NCBI GenBank assembly: GCA_903911145.1
Contig: CAIWCD010000002.1
Coordinates: forward strand, 186,001-233,726
Length of the DNA stretch: 47,726 bases
Direction: 5' to 3'
Source: an uncultured delta proteobacterium
Lineage (GTDB): Bacteria; Myxococcota; Myxococcia; Myxococcales; 40CM-4-68-19
Positions within the stretch are counted from its first letter, which is position 1. Each line of letters opens with the position of its first letter. The notes beneath the pieces were generated by a model, which was given only the letters and a program-made list of their open reading frames with translations, was not told where the DNA came from and did no database searches. Both the position numbers and the translations under genes were made by a program. Below are positions 9,124 to 18,830 of this stretch, one piece after another.

Positions 9124-10800
9124 TCACAACTCGACCACCACGGGCATGACCATCGGTTTTTTCTCGCTACCTTTTTTCCAGCACGAGCGCACGCCTCGCC
9201 GCAGCGCTTCTTCGACCGAACCGCGATCGGTCCTTTCCTTGTAGCCCAGCTCGGCAAAGGCCTCGATGGCCGCGGCGATCGCCTGCGCTGCGCGCGCCTC
9301 GTCGAGACCGGCGATGCCCTTGCCGAGCAGCTCGGGCGGGCGGATGAGCTCTCCGGTTTTTCGATCGAGCACACAGAGGCAGATCAGCACGCCCGTGTCG
9401 GCGAGCAGCTGGCGATCGCGCAGCAGCGACTCGCCCACGCCGCTCTCCGCGCCCCGACCGTCGAGGTAGATGCGGCCGACGGGAACCCTCTCGCCGCTCC
9501 TCGTCGCGAGCGCTCCCTCGCGCAGTTCGACCACGTCACCGTCCTCGATCGCATGGCAGCCCTGCAGCGCCACGCCCGCGCTCTGCGCCAACCGCGCGTG
9601 CGCCGTGAGCATGCGGAACTCGCCATGCACGGGCACGAAGCTCTTCGGCTGCAGGAGATCGATCATCATCCGCAGCTCGCCCTGGCTGGCGTGACCGCTG
9701 GTGTGCACCAGCTCGTTCGTGCTGCCAGGCTCGAGCACGCGGCAGCCGCGGCGCACGAGGTTGTCGATCAGCGTCGCGACGCTGCGCTCGCTGCCCGGGA
9801 TGTTCCGCGCCGAGAGAATGACGAGATCGTCTTTCTCGAGGCGGATGTTCGGATGCTCGCCGAGCGCGAGGCGAGAGAGACCCGCGCGCGCCTCGCCCTG
9901 CGCGCCCGTGCAGAGAATCACCAGCTCGCGCGGCGCGAAGTGATCGGCCGTCTCGGGATCGATGAAGAGATCGAGCGGGCAGTTCAGAAAGCCCATCGCG
10001 AGCGAGAGCCGCACCGACTGCGTCATCGAGCGACCGAGCAGACAGATCTTCCGGCCCGCGCCCAGTGCGGCTTTCATCACGCTCTGCACGCGGTGCACGT
10101 TCGAGCCGAACATCGCGACAGCGATCCGTCCGCGAGCGAGCGGGCCGGTGAAGATGCGCGCGAGGGACTCGCCCACCTCGCGTTCAGAGGTGCTCGTGCC
10201 TTCTCGCTCCGCGTTGGTCGAGTCGCTCAGCAGGCAGGCGACGCCCTCTGCGCCCAGCTCGGAGAATCGGCGCACGTCGAGAAGGCGGCCATCGATCGGC
10301 GACCAGTCGATCTTGAAGTCGCCGGTGTGCACCACAGTGCCGGCGCTCGTGCGAAGGGCGTACCCGACCGCGTCGGGGATTGAATGCGGGACTTGAAGCG
10401 GCTCGAAGCCAATCCCTCCCGCGAGGAGCTGCGAGCGCGGGGCGATCTCGCGCAGATTCGCACTGCGTCCATGCTCGGCGAGCTTCTCCTTGACGACGGC
10501 GAGCGTGTAGCGCGTGCCGAAGATCGGCACGTCGGGAAACGCGCGCAGCAGCCACGGCAGCCCGCCGATGTGATCCTCGTGCGCGTGCGTGAGCAGCACC
10601 GCTTTCGGCTCGTCGCCGGCGCGCAGGAAGTGGAGATCGGGCGCGATCACTTCGACGCCGAGCTGCGCCTCCGCGCCAGGAAAGAGCAGCCCGCAATCGA
10701 TCACGACCCGGTCGGGACCGTCCTCGAGCGCGAGGCAGTTCATCCCCACTTCGCCGAGGCCGCCGAGAGGGACGATGCGCACGGGCGGCGTGGCGGGCAA
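9124..10800 (-). CDS. rnj: Ribonuclease J
   Basis: PLGGLGEVGMN, THAHEDHIG, HTGDFK, SDSTNAE, HTSGH and PVHGE; TTG start at 10800 with an AGGAGA SD. Confidence 0.96.
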   Translation of the reverse strand: MPATPPVRIVPLGGLGEVGMNCLALEDGPDRVVIDCGLLFPGAEAQLGVEVIAPDLHFLRAGDEPKAVLLTHAHEDHIGGLPWLLRAFPDVPIFGTRYTLAVVKEKLAEHGRSANLREIAPRSQLLAGGIGFEPLQVPHSIPDAVGYALRTSAGTVVHTGDFKIDWSPIDGRLLDVRRFSELGAEGVACLLSDSTNAEREGTSTSEREVGESLARIFTGPLARGRIAVAMFGSNVHRVQSVMKAALGAGRKICLLGRSMTQSVRLSLAMGFLNCPLDLFIDPETADHFAPRELVILCTGAQGEARAGLSRLALGEHPNIRLEKDDLVILSARNIPGSERSVATLIDNLVRRGCRVLEPGSTNELVHTSGHASQGELRMMIDLLQPKSFVPVHGEFRMLTAHARLAQSAGVALQGCHAIEDGDVVELREGALATRSGERVPVGRIYLDGRGAESGVGESLLRDRQLLADTGVLICLCVLDRKTGELIRPPELLGKGIAGLDEARAAQAIAAAIEAFAELGYKERTDRGSVEEALRRGVRSCWKKGSEKKPMVMPVVVEL

Positions 10801-10923
10801 TGCTTCTCCTCGAGAGAACGACGGGAACCGCGCTGCAGGCGAACGATGCAACTCGCTCCGCTCGATGTAGCAATGCAACTGTGCGCGACTCAAGCTCTGC
10901 ACAACGAACGGAGAGTCGCTTTG

Positions 10924-12060
10924 ATGAATAGACGCACGAGGATCGCGCCGGCTGCACTGCTGCTCCTTCTGGGCTGCGCGACGCTCAAACCCGCGCCCAG
11001 TGCGGTCCCGGTGACATCTCCGACCTGGACGAAGCTCAAGACCGAGCCCTACCGGGGCAAACAGGACGACATCTTCTTCGTCGATCCGCTCGTCGGCTTC
11101 TACGTGAACGGTGCGGGCCGCATCTACAAGACGCTCGACGGCGGCGAGACGTGGACGCTCAAGCTCAGCCAGCCCGGGACCTACTTCCGCACCATCGGAT
11201 TTCTCGACGCGCAGAACGGCTTCGCGGGGAACATCGGCACCGACTACTTCCCCGGTGTTACCGACGTAACACCTCTCTACCAGACGCACGACGGGGGCGA
11301 GAGCTGGTCGAAGGTCGAACCGCTCGTGGGCCAGCCGATCAAGGGGCTCTGCGCGATCGACGTGCTGCATGTCGACTTCATCAACGCTGGTCACCTCGAC
11401 AAACGAAGCATCATCCACGCCGCGGGCCGCGTCGGCGGTCCGGCCGTGCTGCTCTCCTCTTTCGACGAGGGCAAGAGCTGGACGGTCCAGGATCTCAGCG
11501 CGCAGGCCGCGATGATCCTCGACGTGAAGTTTCTCGATTCGCAGAAAGGATTTCTCTGCGCCGGGACGCAGGCCGACGTCGACCAGTCGCATGCACTGGT
11601 GCTGATGACGCTCGACGGCGGCAAGACGTGGACGAAGCAGTACGAGTCGACGCGGCCGTTCGAGACGACATGGAAGTGCAGTTTTCCCTCGAGGGAGGTC
11701 GGCTACGCGACGGTGCAGAACTACGATCCCGACGAGATGATCGCGCAGCGCGTGGTCGCGAAGACGATCGATGGCGGCCAGACCTGGCGCGAGGTTCCGC
11801 TCGTGAGCGATCACAAGGAGCAGGAGTTCGGGATCGCCTTCGACACGCCGAGCGTGGGCTGGGTCGGCGCGATGAGCGGCGGGTTCTTCACGAGCGACGG
11901 CGGCGCGCACTTCACGCACGTCGACATGGGCCGGGCGGTGAACAAGATCCGTCTGCTGCGCACCCCCGACGGGCTCGTCGGCTACGCGATCGGCACCGAT
12001 GTCTACAAGCTCTTGCCCGTCGTCGAGGTGCTCAGCTCCCCCGCCGCAAAGCCGCATTAG
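10924..12060 (+). CDS. Lipoprotein with BNR/Asp-box repeats (YCF48-like beta-propeller)
   Basis: Signal peptide with lipobox LLGC; six (S/T)xD(G/E)GxxW/F repeats (KTLDGGETW, QTHDGGESW, SSFDEGKSW, MTLDGGKTW, KTIDGGQTW, FTSDGGAHF). Confidence 0.85.
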   Translation: MNRRTRIAPAALLLLLGCATLKPAPSAVPVTSPTWTKLKTEPYRGKQDDIFFVDPLVGFYVNGAGRIYKTLDGGETWTLKLSQPGTYFRTIGFLDAQNGFAGNIGTDYFPGVTDVTPLYQTHDGGESWSKVEPLVGQPIKGLCAIDVLHVDFINAGHLDKRSIIHAAGRVGGPAVLLSSFDEGKSWTVQDLSAQAAMILDVKFLDSQKGFLCAGTQADVDQSHALVLMTLDGGKTWTKQYESTRPFETTWKCSFPSREVGYATVQNYDPDEMIAQRVVAKTIDGGQTWREVPLVSDHKEQEFGIAFDTPSVGWVGAMSGGFFTSDGGAHFTHVDMGRAVNKIRLLRTPDGLVGYAIGTDVYKLLPVVEVLSSPAAKPH

Positions 12061-12165
12061 GCGCGGGCGCGCGCGGTTTCGCGTCCAACGCCCAGCATCC
12101 GGCCTCGAACCCTTTTGCCCGCCACGGCGTCTATCGCGCGGTTTCACTTCCAACAGGGGCACACA

Positions 12166-13011
12166 ATGATTCTGGTCACGGGCGCGACGGGGACGATCGG
12201 TGGACAGGTGGCGACGCAGTTGATCGCGGCGGGGATCAAGCCGCGGCTGCTCGTGCGCAATCCGGAGAAGGCGAAGGCGTTCGCGGGCAAGGCGGAGCTG
12301 TTCAAGGGAGATCTCGCGGATCCCGCGTCTGTCGCGGCAGCGCTGGTCGGCGTCGAGAAGCTCTTTCTCGTCACGGCCGGCACAGAGGGTCCGGCCTGGG
12401 AGGCCGCGGCGGTCGATGCCGCGAAAGTCGCGAGCGTGAAGCAGATCGTGAAGCTCTCCGTGATCGGCGCGGAGTACGAGGCGATCACGTTCGGCAAGTG
12501 GCACCGCGCGAGCGAGAAGAAGATCGAGGCCTCCGGGATTGCGTGGACCTTCCTGCGCCCGGGAAATTTCGACAGCAACGCGCTCTGGTGGATCGAGACG
12601 ATCAAGTCGCAAGGCGCCGTCTACGCGCCGCTCGGCGAGGGAACGTATGCGCCCATCGATCCCGCGGACATCGGCGCGGTCGCGGTGGCTGCGCTCACCA
12701 AGCCCGGCCACGCAGGCAAGGCCTATACGCTCACGGGGCCGCGCGCTCTCTCGACGGGCGAGCAGGTCGCGATCGTCGCGAAGGCCTCTGGCCGCACCGT
12801 GAACTACGTCGATGTGCCGCCCGCTGCTGCACAGGACGGCATGCTCAAGGCCGGAATGCCGGCGGCGTACGTCACGGCGCTGCTCGAGCTCTACGCGTTC
12901 ATGAAGTCCGGCAATGCGTCTCTCGTCACGAACACGGTCGCGGAGCTGCTTGGTCGTCCCGCGGTCTCGTTCGAAGAGTGGGCCGCGAAGAACGCGGCGG
13001 CGTTCAAGTAG
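12166..13011 (+). CDS. NmrA/atypical SDR family NAD(P)-binding oxidoreductase
   Basis: ILVTGATGTIG, WTFLRPG and IDPADIGAVA motifs; ATG 12166 follows AGGGG. Confidence 0.9.
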   Translation: MILVTGATGTIGGQVATQLIAAGIKPRLLVRNPEKAKAFAGKAELFKGDLADPASVAAALVGVEKLFLVTAGTEGPAWEAAAVDAAKVASVKQIVKLSVIGAEYEAITFGKWHRASEKKIEASGIAWTFLRPGNFDSNALWWIETIKSQGAVYAPLGEGTYAPIDPADIGAVAVAALTKPGHAGKAYTLTGPRALSTGEQVAIVAKASGRTVNYVDVPPAAAQDGMLKAGMPAAYVTALLELYAFMKSGNASLVTNTVAELLGRPAVSFEEWAAKNAAAFK

Positions 13012-13077
13012 CGCGTGGGCGTTTTGCACTCGCGCGAGCGAGCGAATTTCCACGTCTCTGCGTGGTAGACGAACGCC

Positions 13078-15825
13078 GTGGATCCGCTCGCGCGCACGCT
13101 GAATCCTGAGCAGCTCGCCGCCGTTCGCCATGGCGAGGGGCCGCTGCTCATTCTCGCGGGCGCGGGCTCTGGCAAGACGCGCGTGCTCACGCATCGCATC
13201 GCGCATCTGCTCGATGCGCAGCTCGCCCGCCCTGGCGAGATCATGGCGGTGACGTTCACCAACAAGGCCGCCGGCGAGCTGCGCGAACGCGTGCTGCGCC
13301 TGGTCGGTCCGAGCGCGGAGCGGCTCTGGGTCTCGACGTTCCACGCGTTCGGCGCGCGGATTCTCCGTCGGGAAAGCGATGCGCTCGGCCTCGATCGCGC
13401 GTTTGCGATCTACGACGATACGGACCAACTCGCCGCGCTCAAGCGGGCCTGCCAGGCCTCGGACGTCGATGTCGACAAGGCCAAGCAGATCCTCGCGCGC
13501 ATCGATCGCTGGAAGAACGCGGGCCTCCTGCCGGCGCAGGTGACGACCGAGCCGTTCGATGTTCCCGCCAAGAGCGCGCAGCGCGTCTACGCCCGCTACC
13601 AGAGCGAGCTGCAGAGTTCTCAGGCAGTCGACTTCGGCGATCTGATCGTGCGCGTGCTCGAGCTCTTCCAGAAGCACGCGGACATCGGCGACCGCTACGC
13701 GCAGCGCTTCCGCTACATCCTTGTCGACGAATTCCAGGACACCAATCCCGCTCAGTACCAGCTGCTGCTCGCGCTCGCGAAAGCGCACGGCAACCTCTGC
13801 GTCGTCGGCGATGACGACCAGTCGATCTATCGCTGGCGAGGCGCGGAGGTCTCCAACATCATCGACTTCCCCAAGCAGTTCCCCGCCTGCCGCGTGGTGA
13901 AGCTCGAGCAGAACTATCGCTCGAGCGCGAACATCCTCGCGGCCGCGCACGCCGTGATCGCGAAGAACGAGCGGCGCGCAGAGAAGAAGCTCTGGACGCA
14001 AGCGGGCGCGGGCGAGCTGCTCAGCGTTGTCGCGGCCGAAGATGAGCGCGACGAGGCGACGCGGATCGCGCGCGGGATTCTCGGCGCAAACGAGAAGGGC
14101 ACCTCGTTTGCCGAGATGGCGGTCTTCTATCGACAGAACGCGCAGTCGCGCGTGCTCGAGGATTCGCTGCGCGCCTCGCGCGTTCCGTATCGCGTCGTGC
14201 GCGGCCGCTCATTCTACGATCGCGCGGAAGTGAAGGACGTCGCGGCCTACCTGCGCCTCTGCATCAATCCACGCAGCGACGGCGACATCCTGCGCATCAT
14301 CAACACACCCGCGAGAGGGATCGGCGACACGACGGTCGAGCGGCTGCGCGCCGAGAGCGCGCGTCTGGGAATTTCGCTCTGGGAGACGTTGCAGAATCTC
14401 GAGCGGGCGAGCGAACTGACCGGTGCGGCGAAAGCGAAGCTGCTGCCGTTCCGCAACCTCCTGACCAATCTTCAAGCGCAGGCCGCGGCCGACGCGAGTG
14501 CCGCCGGCAACATCGAGCGCGTCCTCGACGAGAGCGGAATGGAGGCCCGCTTTCAGCTCGAGGGCGAAGAAGGCCAGGACCGGATCGACAACCTGCGCGA
14601 GCTTCTCGGCGCGGCCCGCGATTTCGATCGTGCGTGGGAAGAGGCTCGCGCGCTGGCGGCGAGCGAGCCGGATGCGCAGAGCCGCGCCAGCATTGATCCG
14701 CAGCGCCCAGAGAGCGCGCCGCCGCCGGACGATGCAGATGCTTTGAGTGCCAATGATTTGAGTGCAAACCATCTCGCCGGCGACGCGGAGATCCGCGCCC
14801 AGCGCGAGGCGGAGCTTCTCTTCGCGCTCGACGATGAGCCCTCGCACCCGACCAGCGCCGAGCAGTGGCCGCAAGGTTCCGCGCAGATCCCGCCGCACGA
14901 TCCTGACGCGCCCGACGCGCATGCGCTCCCCGATTTGCGCGCAGCGATGGCCGCCGATGCGCCCGATCTCGACGACGAGGGCGCACTTGCCGACACGCCA
15001 CTGCTCGGATTTCTCGAGCAGCTCTCCCTCGTCGGCGATGCCGATGCGGCCGAGGATGGCGAGCGCGTCTCGCTGATGACGCTGCACGCGGCGAAGGGTC
15101 TCGAGTTCGACGCCGTCTGGCTCACTGGCATGGAAGAGCGCGTCTTCCCCGGCGCGCGCGCACTCGGCCAGTCGGGCCCGGAAGCGAGCGGCATCGAGAA
15201 TCCCGACGAGCTCGCCGAGGAGCGGCGCCTCTGCTACGTCGGCATGACCCGCGCCCGCAAACACCTCACGCTCACGCTCGCGCGCTGCCGCGCCCTCTTC
15301 GGCGAACTGCGCTTCAATCCTCCATCGCGCTTCTTGCGCGAGATCCCGCCGATGCTCGCGAACGGACTCGCGGCGCTCGATCTCGATGGCGACAACAGCT
15401 TCCGCGGCGGTGGAGGAGCATCGCGCGGTGGCTGGCAAAGTGGCTCCCAGCAAGGCCGCGCGGGATTCGGCGGAAATTCAGGCGGCGGAAATTCACGCTG
15501 GCGCGACGAGTTCGATCAGCGCCCCACCAGCGACGACGACGGCCCGCGCTTCACGCCTCCCGCACGCAGAGCGTTCGGTGCACAGGGCGGCGGATACGGC
15601 TCGAGCGGCTCGAACAGCGGCAGCGCGAGCAGCCCGCCCGCACCCAGCAAGGCCGTGAGCATCGACGGCTTCTCGCGCGGCACCCGCGTGCGCCACCCGA
15701 GCTTCGGCGTCGGCGCAGTCGAGGAGCTCGAAGGCGCGGGCACGAATCTGAAGCTCACCGTGCGCTTCCCGCCAGGCGTGGGACTGAAGAAAGTGCTCGC
15801 GCGATTCCTCGAGCGGATCGGGTAG
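13078..15825 (+). CDS. pcrA: SF1 DNA helicase PcrA/UvrD with C-terminal Tudor-like domain
   Basis: AGAGSGKT, DEFQDTN, GDDDQSIY, LEQNYRS, TLHAAKGLEF, EERRLCYVGMTRA and C-terminal RVRHPSFGVG. Confidence 0.96.
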   Translation: MDPLARTLNPEQLAAVRHGEGPLLILAGAGSGKTRVLTHRIAHLLDAQLARPGEIMAVTFTNKAAGELRERVLRLVGPSAERLWVSTFHAFGARILRRESDALGLDRAFAIYDDTDQLAALKRACQASDVDVDKAKQILARIDRWKNAGLLPAQVTTEPFDVPAKSAQRVYARYQSELQSSQAVDFGDLIVRVLELFQKHADIGDRYAQRFRYILVDEFQDTNPAQYQLLLALAKAHGNLCVVGDDDQSIYRWRGAEVSNIIDFPKQFPACRVVKLEQNYRSSANILAAAHAVIAKNERRAEKKLWTQAGAGELLSVVAAEDERDEATRIARGILGANEKGTSFAEMAVFYRQNAQSRVLEDSLRASRVPYRVVRGRSFYDRAEVKDVAAYLRLCINPRSDGDILRIINTPARGIGDTTVERLRAESARLGISLWETLQNLERASELTGAAKAKLLPFRNLLTNLQAQAAADASAAGNIERVLDESGMEARFQLEGEEGQDRIDNLRELLGAARDFDRAWEEARALAASEPDAQSRASIDPQRPESAPPPDDADALSANDLSANHLAGDAEIRAQREAELLFALDDEPSHPTSAEQWPQGSAQIPPHDPDAPDAHALPDLRAAMAADAPDLDDEGALADTPLLGFLEQLSLVGDADAAEDGERVSLMTLHAAKGLEFDAVWLTGMEERVFPGARALGQSGPEASGIENPDELAEERRLCYVGMTRARKHLTLTLARCRALFGELRFNPPSRFLREIPPMLANGLAALDLDGDNSFRGGGGASRGGWQSGSQQGRAGFGGNSGGGNSRWRDEFDQRPTSDDDGPRFTPPARRAFGAQGGGYGSSGSNSGSASSPPAPSKAVSIDGFSRGTRVRHPSFGVGAVEELEGAGTNLKLTVRFPPGVGLKKVLARFLERIG

Positions 15826-15834
15826 GAGCGCTGC

Positions 15835-16272
15835 ATGGGCCTCGGCCATTTCGAGTTCACCTGGGACGCTGCAACGGATTCGGGCGTCTTCGCGAGACGG
15901 CTCGGGGAGCGGCTCGGCGTTGCCATCGCCATCGAGACGACGCGCTTCGCGCCGCCGACCGAGCCGCTGCCGCCGAAGATCCTCGAGGCGCGGGCCGCAA
16001 TCGACACAGCAATTCGCATCACCAGTCCGTTGCGCCTCCGCCTCGACATCGAGTCGATCGAGTGGGGCCCGAGCCGCGGACGCGTGCTCACGTCGTTCGA
16101 CTCCACGGGCTATGCAGTTGGCGGCGCAGTCATGCTGACACTGATCGATCTCGGCGCGCGCTACGACGGAAAGCCGCGTCCCTCCTGGCAGGGAACCCTC
16201 GCTGAGATCCACGCCCGCCACTCGCTGCGCGCCCGTCTGCGCCGCTGGTTCCGCCGCGAACAGCTCGACTGA
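15835..16272 (+). CDS. Hypothetical protein
   Basis: Starts 9 nt after the pcrA stop with an AGGAG SD; no family recognised. Confidence 0.6.
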   Translation: MGLGHFEFTWDAATDSGVFARRLGERLGVAIAIETTRFAPPTEPLPPKILEARAAIDTAIRITSPLRLRLDIESIEWGPSRGRVLTSFDSTGYAVGGAVMLTLIDLGARYDGKPRPSWQGTLAEIHARHSLRARLRRWFRREQLD

Positions 16273-16342
16273 CGATCAGCGCCGCGCAGAGCCCCCGCGC
16301 CATTCTCTCGCCGGTCATAAGTCTTGTGGCGAGCCCCAGCCG

Positions 16343-16930
16343 CTACAAAAACGAATTCGGATCGAAGTCGTCGATCTTGATCGGATTGAGCCGCGGCAGC
16401 CTGCGCGCGAACACTTTCGCGTCGAGCTCGAGGTCGAGCATCTGCAGACCGAGCCCCGCGAGGTCTCGAAATTTTTGGCTGAAGTATTCGCGGAATCCAA
16501 GCACCGCGACCGTGCGGCCCGCGTCCAGCAAGGGCCGCAGCGCGACCGCGAAATCTCCGCCGTCGTGGCTCGCGAGCACGACGCCCGCGTTGCGCTCGAG
16601 GATCGCCGCGAGCAGTTTCAGAATCGCGATGTCGACGACCTTCTGATCGTTGCGGCCGTAGAGCGGCACCACCTCGCAGCCCGCGGCGCGCAGCGCCTTG
16701 ATGAAGCCGAGCATCGAATCGGGGATCACCTCGCCCTTGACGTTGAGCGCGACGAGGCAGCGCACAGGTCCGGTGAACTTCTGCTCGCAGTAGGCAACGA
16801 GCTTGTCGAACTGGACGCGATCCTGCTGCTCCGGCTTGCGCCCGACGATGTGCGAAACGGCCCAATCGATGTTCTCGGCGTCGATCAGCACATACGTGCC
16901 GGCCGCTGCTCGTGCTGGCATCGCGGTCAT
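16343..16930 (-). CDS. NYN/LabA-like PIN-fold domain protein
   Basis: Acidic motifs YVLIDAENID, KVVDIAI and ASHDGGDF, typical of NYN domains. Confidence 0.85.
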   Translation of the reverse strand: MTAMPARAAAGTYVLIDAENIDWAVSHIVGRKPEQQDRVQFDKLVAYCEQKFTGPVRCLVALNVKGEVIPDSMLGFIKALRAAGCEVVPLYGRNDQKVVDIAILKLLAAILERNAGVVLASHDGGDFAVALRPLLDAGRTVAVLGFREYFSQKFRDLAGLGLQMLDLELDAKVFARRLPRLNPIKIDDFDPNSFL

Positions 16931-16932
16931 GT

Positions 16933-17256
16933 TCAGGGCGCCCCGTGAAAGAGGAAGAGATCGATGACGAACGCGAGCGCCGCCTGCACCAGGCCCGCGC
17001 CGAACGACTGGAGAGGGCCGATGCCGTACGCAAGCGCGTAGATGATCGTCCACGTCACCGCCGCGATCAGCGCCGGGATGATCAGCACGATGCCGAGCAG
17101 CCCGAGCGAGTGGACGAAGAGCGCCACCGCGAGCGAAACGCCGAGCGCGCGCACGAGCGTGTTGTCGCGATTCTTCGGCGAGACGGCGGCGACCGAGACC
17201 ATCACCACGATCGCCTTGACGATCCACGAGAGCGCGAAGCGGCCAAGTGCGTGCAT
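16933..17256 (-). CDS. Small integral membrane protein
   Basis: About 107 aa, roughly four hydrophobic segments; its stop lies 2 nt before the NYN start. Confidence 0.7.
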   Translation of the reverse strand: MHALGRFALSWIVKAIVVMVSVAAVSPKNRDNTLVRALGVSLAVALFVHSLGLLGIVLIIPALIAAVTWTIIYALAYGIGPLQSFGAGLVQAALAFVIDLFLFHGAP

Positions 17257-17311
17257 GGCGAACTCTCTATCACGCAGCCAGAAAGGTGATCGGCGAGCGC
17301 GGATCGGATAG

Positions 17312-18442
17312 ATGGTCGCCATGACGACTCCCGCGATCCCGATCACGAACGAGCTGTTGCACGCACTGCCGAAGTCCGATCTGCACTGCCACCTCGATGG
17401 ATCTCTGCGTCTCGCGACGATGCTCGAGCTGGCCGAGGAGCAGAAGGTCAAGCTGCCCGCAGACACCGTCGACGGCCTCGCCAAGGCGATGCGCATCGGC
17501 GAGCGGCACGGCAGCCTCGAGGAGTACCTCAAGGGCTTCGACATCACGCTCTCGGTGCTGCAGACGGAGGAGTCGCTCTTTCGCGCGGCGTACGAGCTGG
17601 CGATCGACGCGGCCGCCGAGAACTGCCGCCTCCTTGAGGTGCGCTACGCGCCGGTGCTCCACTCGCAGAAGGGACTCAAGCCCACCGTCGTCGTCGAGGC
17701 GGTGCTCGAGGGTCTGCGCAAGGCGGAGCGCGAGACGGGCATCATCGCGGGCGTGCTCGTCTGCGGCATCCGCAACATGAGCCCCGAGACGAGCCTGCGC
17801 CTCGCTGAGCTCTCGGTCGCCTACAAGAACAAGGGCGTGCTCGGCTTCGATCTCGCGGGCGCGGAGCACGGCAATCCAGCGAAGGATCACAAAGAGGCGT
17901 TCCAGCTCATCTTGAACAACAACGTCAATTGCACCGTGCATGCGGGCGAGGCGTATGGCCCGGAGTCGATCGCGCAGGCGCTCCACTACTGCGGCGCGCA
18001 TCGCATCGGCCACGGCGTGCGGCTGCGCGAGGACGGCGATCTGCTCAACTACGTCAACGATCACCGCATCCCGATCGAGTGCTGCCCGTCGTCGAACGTG
18101 CAGACCGGCGCGGTCGAGGAGTTCGCGGCGCACCCGTTCAAGTTCTATCTGGACTTCGGCATCCGCGTGACGGTGAACACCGACAACCGGCTCATCACCA
18201 ACACGACGGTGACGCAGGAGCTCGCGCTGCTCGTCAAGCAGTTCGACCTCGACATCAACGACGTGAAGAACGTGCTGATCGCGGGCTTCAAGAGCGCGTT
18301 CCTCACGTTCCACGATCGCGCGCAGCTCATCCGCCGCACGCAGAAGGAGATCGACGAAGTGATCGCGCGCTTTACGCACAAGGAGCGCGAGCGCAAGCCG
18401 GCCGCGGCTCCTGCGATCGTAGCGCCGAACGGACGCGCGTAG
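17312..18442 (+). CDS. add: Adenosine deaminase
   Basis: PKSDLHCHLDGS, GFDLAGAE, TVHAGE, RIGHG, CPSSN and NTDN. Confidence 0.95.
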   Translation: MVAMTTPAIPITNELLHALPKSDLHCHLDGSLRLATMLELAEEQKVKLPADTVDGLAKAMRIGERHGSLEEYLKGFDITLSVLQTEESLFRAAYELAIDAAAENCRLLEVRYAPVLHSQKGLKPTVVVEAVLEGLRKAERETGIIAGVLVCGIRNMSPETSLRLAELSVAYKNKGVLGFDLAGAEHGNPAKDHKEAFQLILNNNVNCTVHAGEAYGPESIAQALHYCGAHRIGHGVRLREDGDLLNYVNDHRIPIECCPSSNVQTGAVEEFAAHPFKFYLDFGIRVTVNTDNRLITNTTVTQELALLVKQFDLDINDVKNVLIAGFKSAFLTFHDRAQLIRRTQKEIDEVIARFTHKERERKPAAAPAIVAPNGRA

Positions 18443-18511
18443 CGCCGGCGAACGCTGGCGGATGTCACATCGTGACGCGTGGGCAGTCTCCCTTGAAACG
18501 AAAGGGAGACC

Positions 18512-18778
18512 ATGGACACCACGATGAATCGCACGATGAAGATTCTCGCCGTCGCCACGCTTCTCTTTGCCGCCGCGTGCGGGTTTCCCAGCGGCACCGG
18601 CGCAAGCTGCACAGAGACGAGCGACTGCGAGCTCGGTCTGACCTGCTTCACGAGTTCGCTCTCCGACGGCGGCGTCTCGGGATCCTGTGAGCAGGCGTGC
18701 AGTGGCAGCGGTACGCAGAGTTCGTGCGGCGGCAACGCCCAGTGCGTCAACGGGGTCTGCACGGGAAACACCTTCTGA
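18512..18778 (+). CDS. Small Cys-rich lipoprotein
   Basis: AAAGGGAG SD, signal peptide ending FAAAC, eight further Cys. Confidence 0.75.
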   Translation: MDTTMNRTMKILAVATLLFAAACGFPSGTGASCTETSDCELGLTCFTSSLSDGGVSGSCEQACSGSGTQSSCGGNAQCVNGVCTGNTF

Positions 18779-18830
18779 CGAGCGCCGCCAAAAAGTGGCC
18801 GGCGTGACGTGCGCGGGCTAGCGTCGACGC

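Noticed and set aside
13023..13049. CIRCE-like half site TTTGCACTC before pcrA
   Set aside because: No matching GAGTGCTAA arm at 9-nt spacing, and pcrA is not a chaperone gene.
10801..14001. Apparent 1625-aa giant ORF fused to RNase J
   Set aside because: The upstream 1000+ aa are the antisense shadow of three real plus-strand genes; rnj has its own SD and TTG start at 10800.
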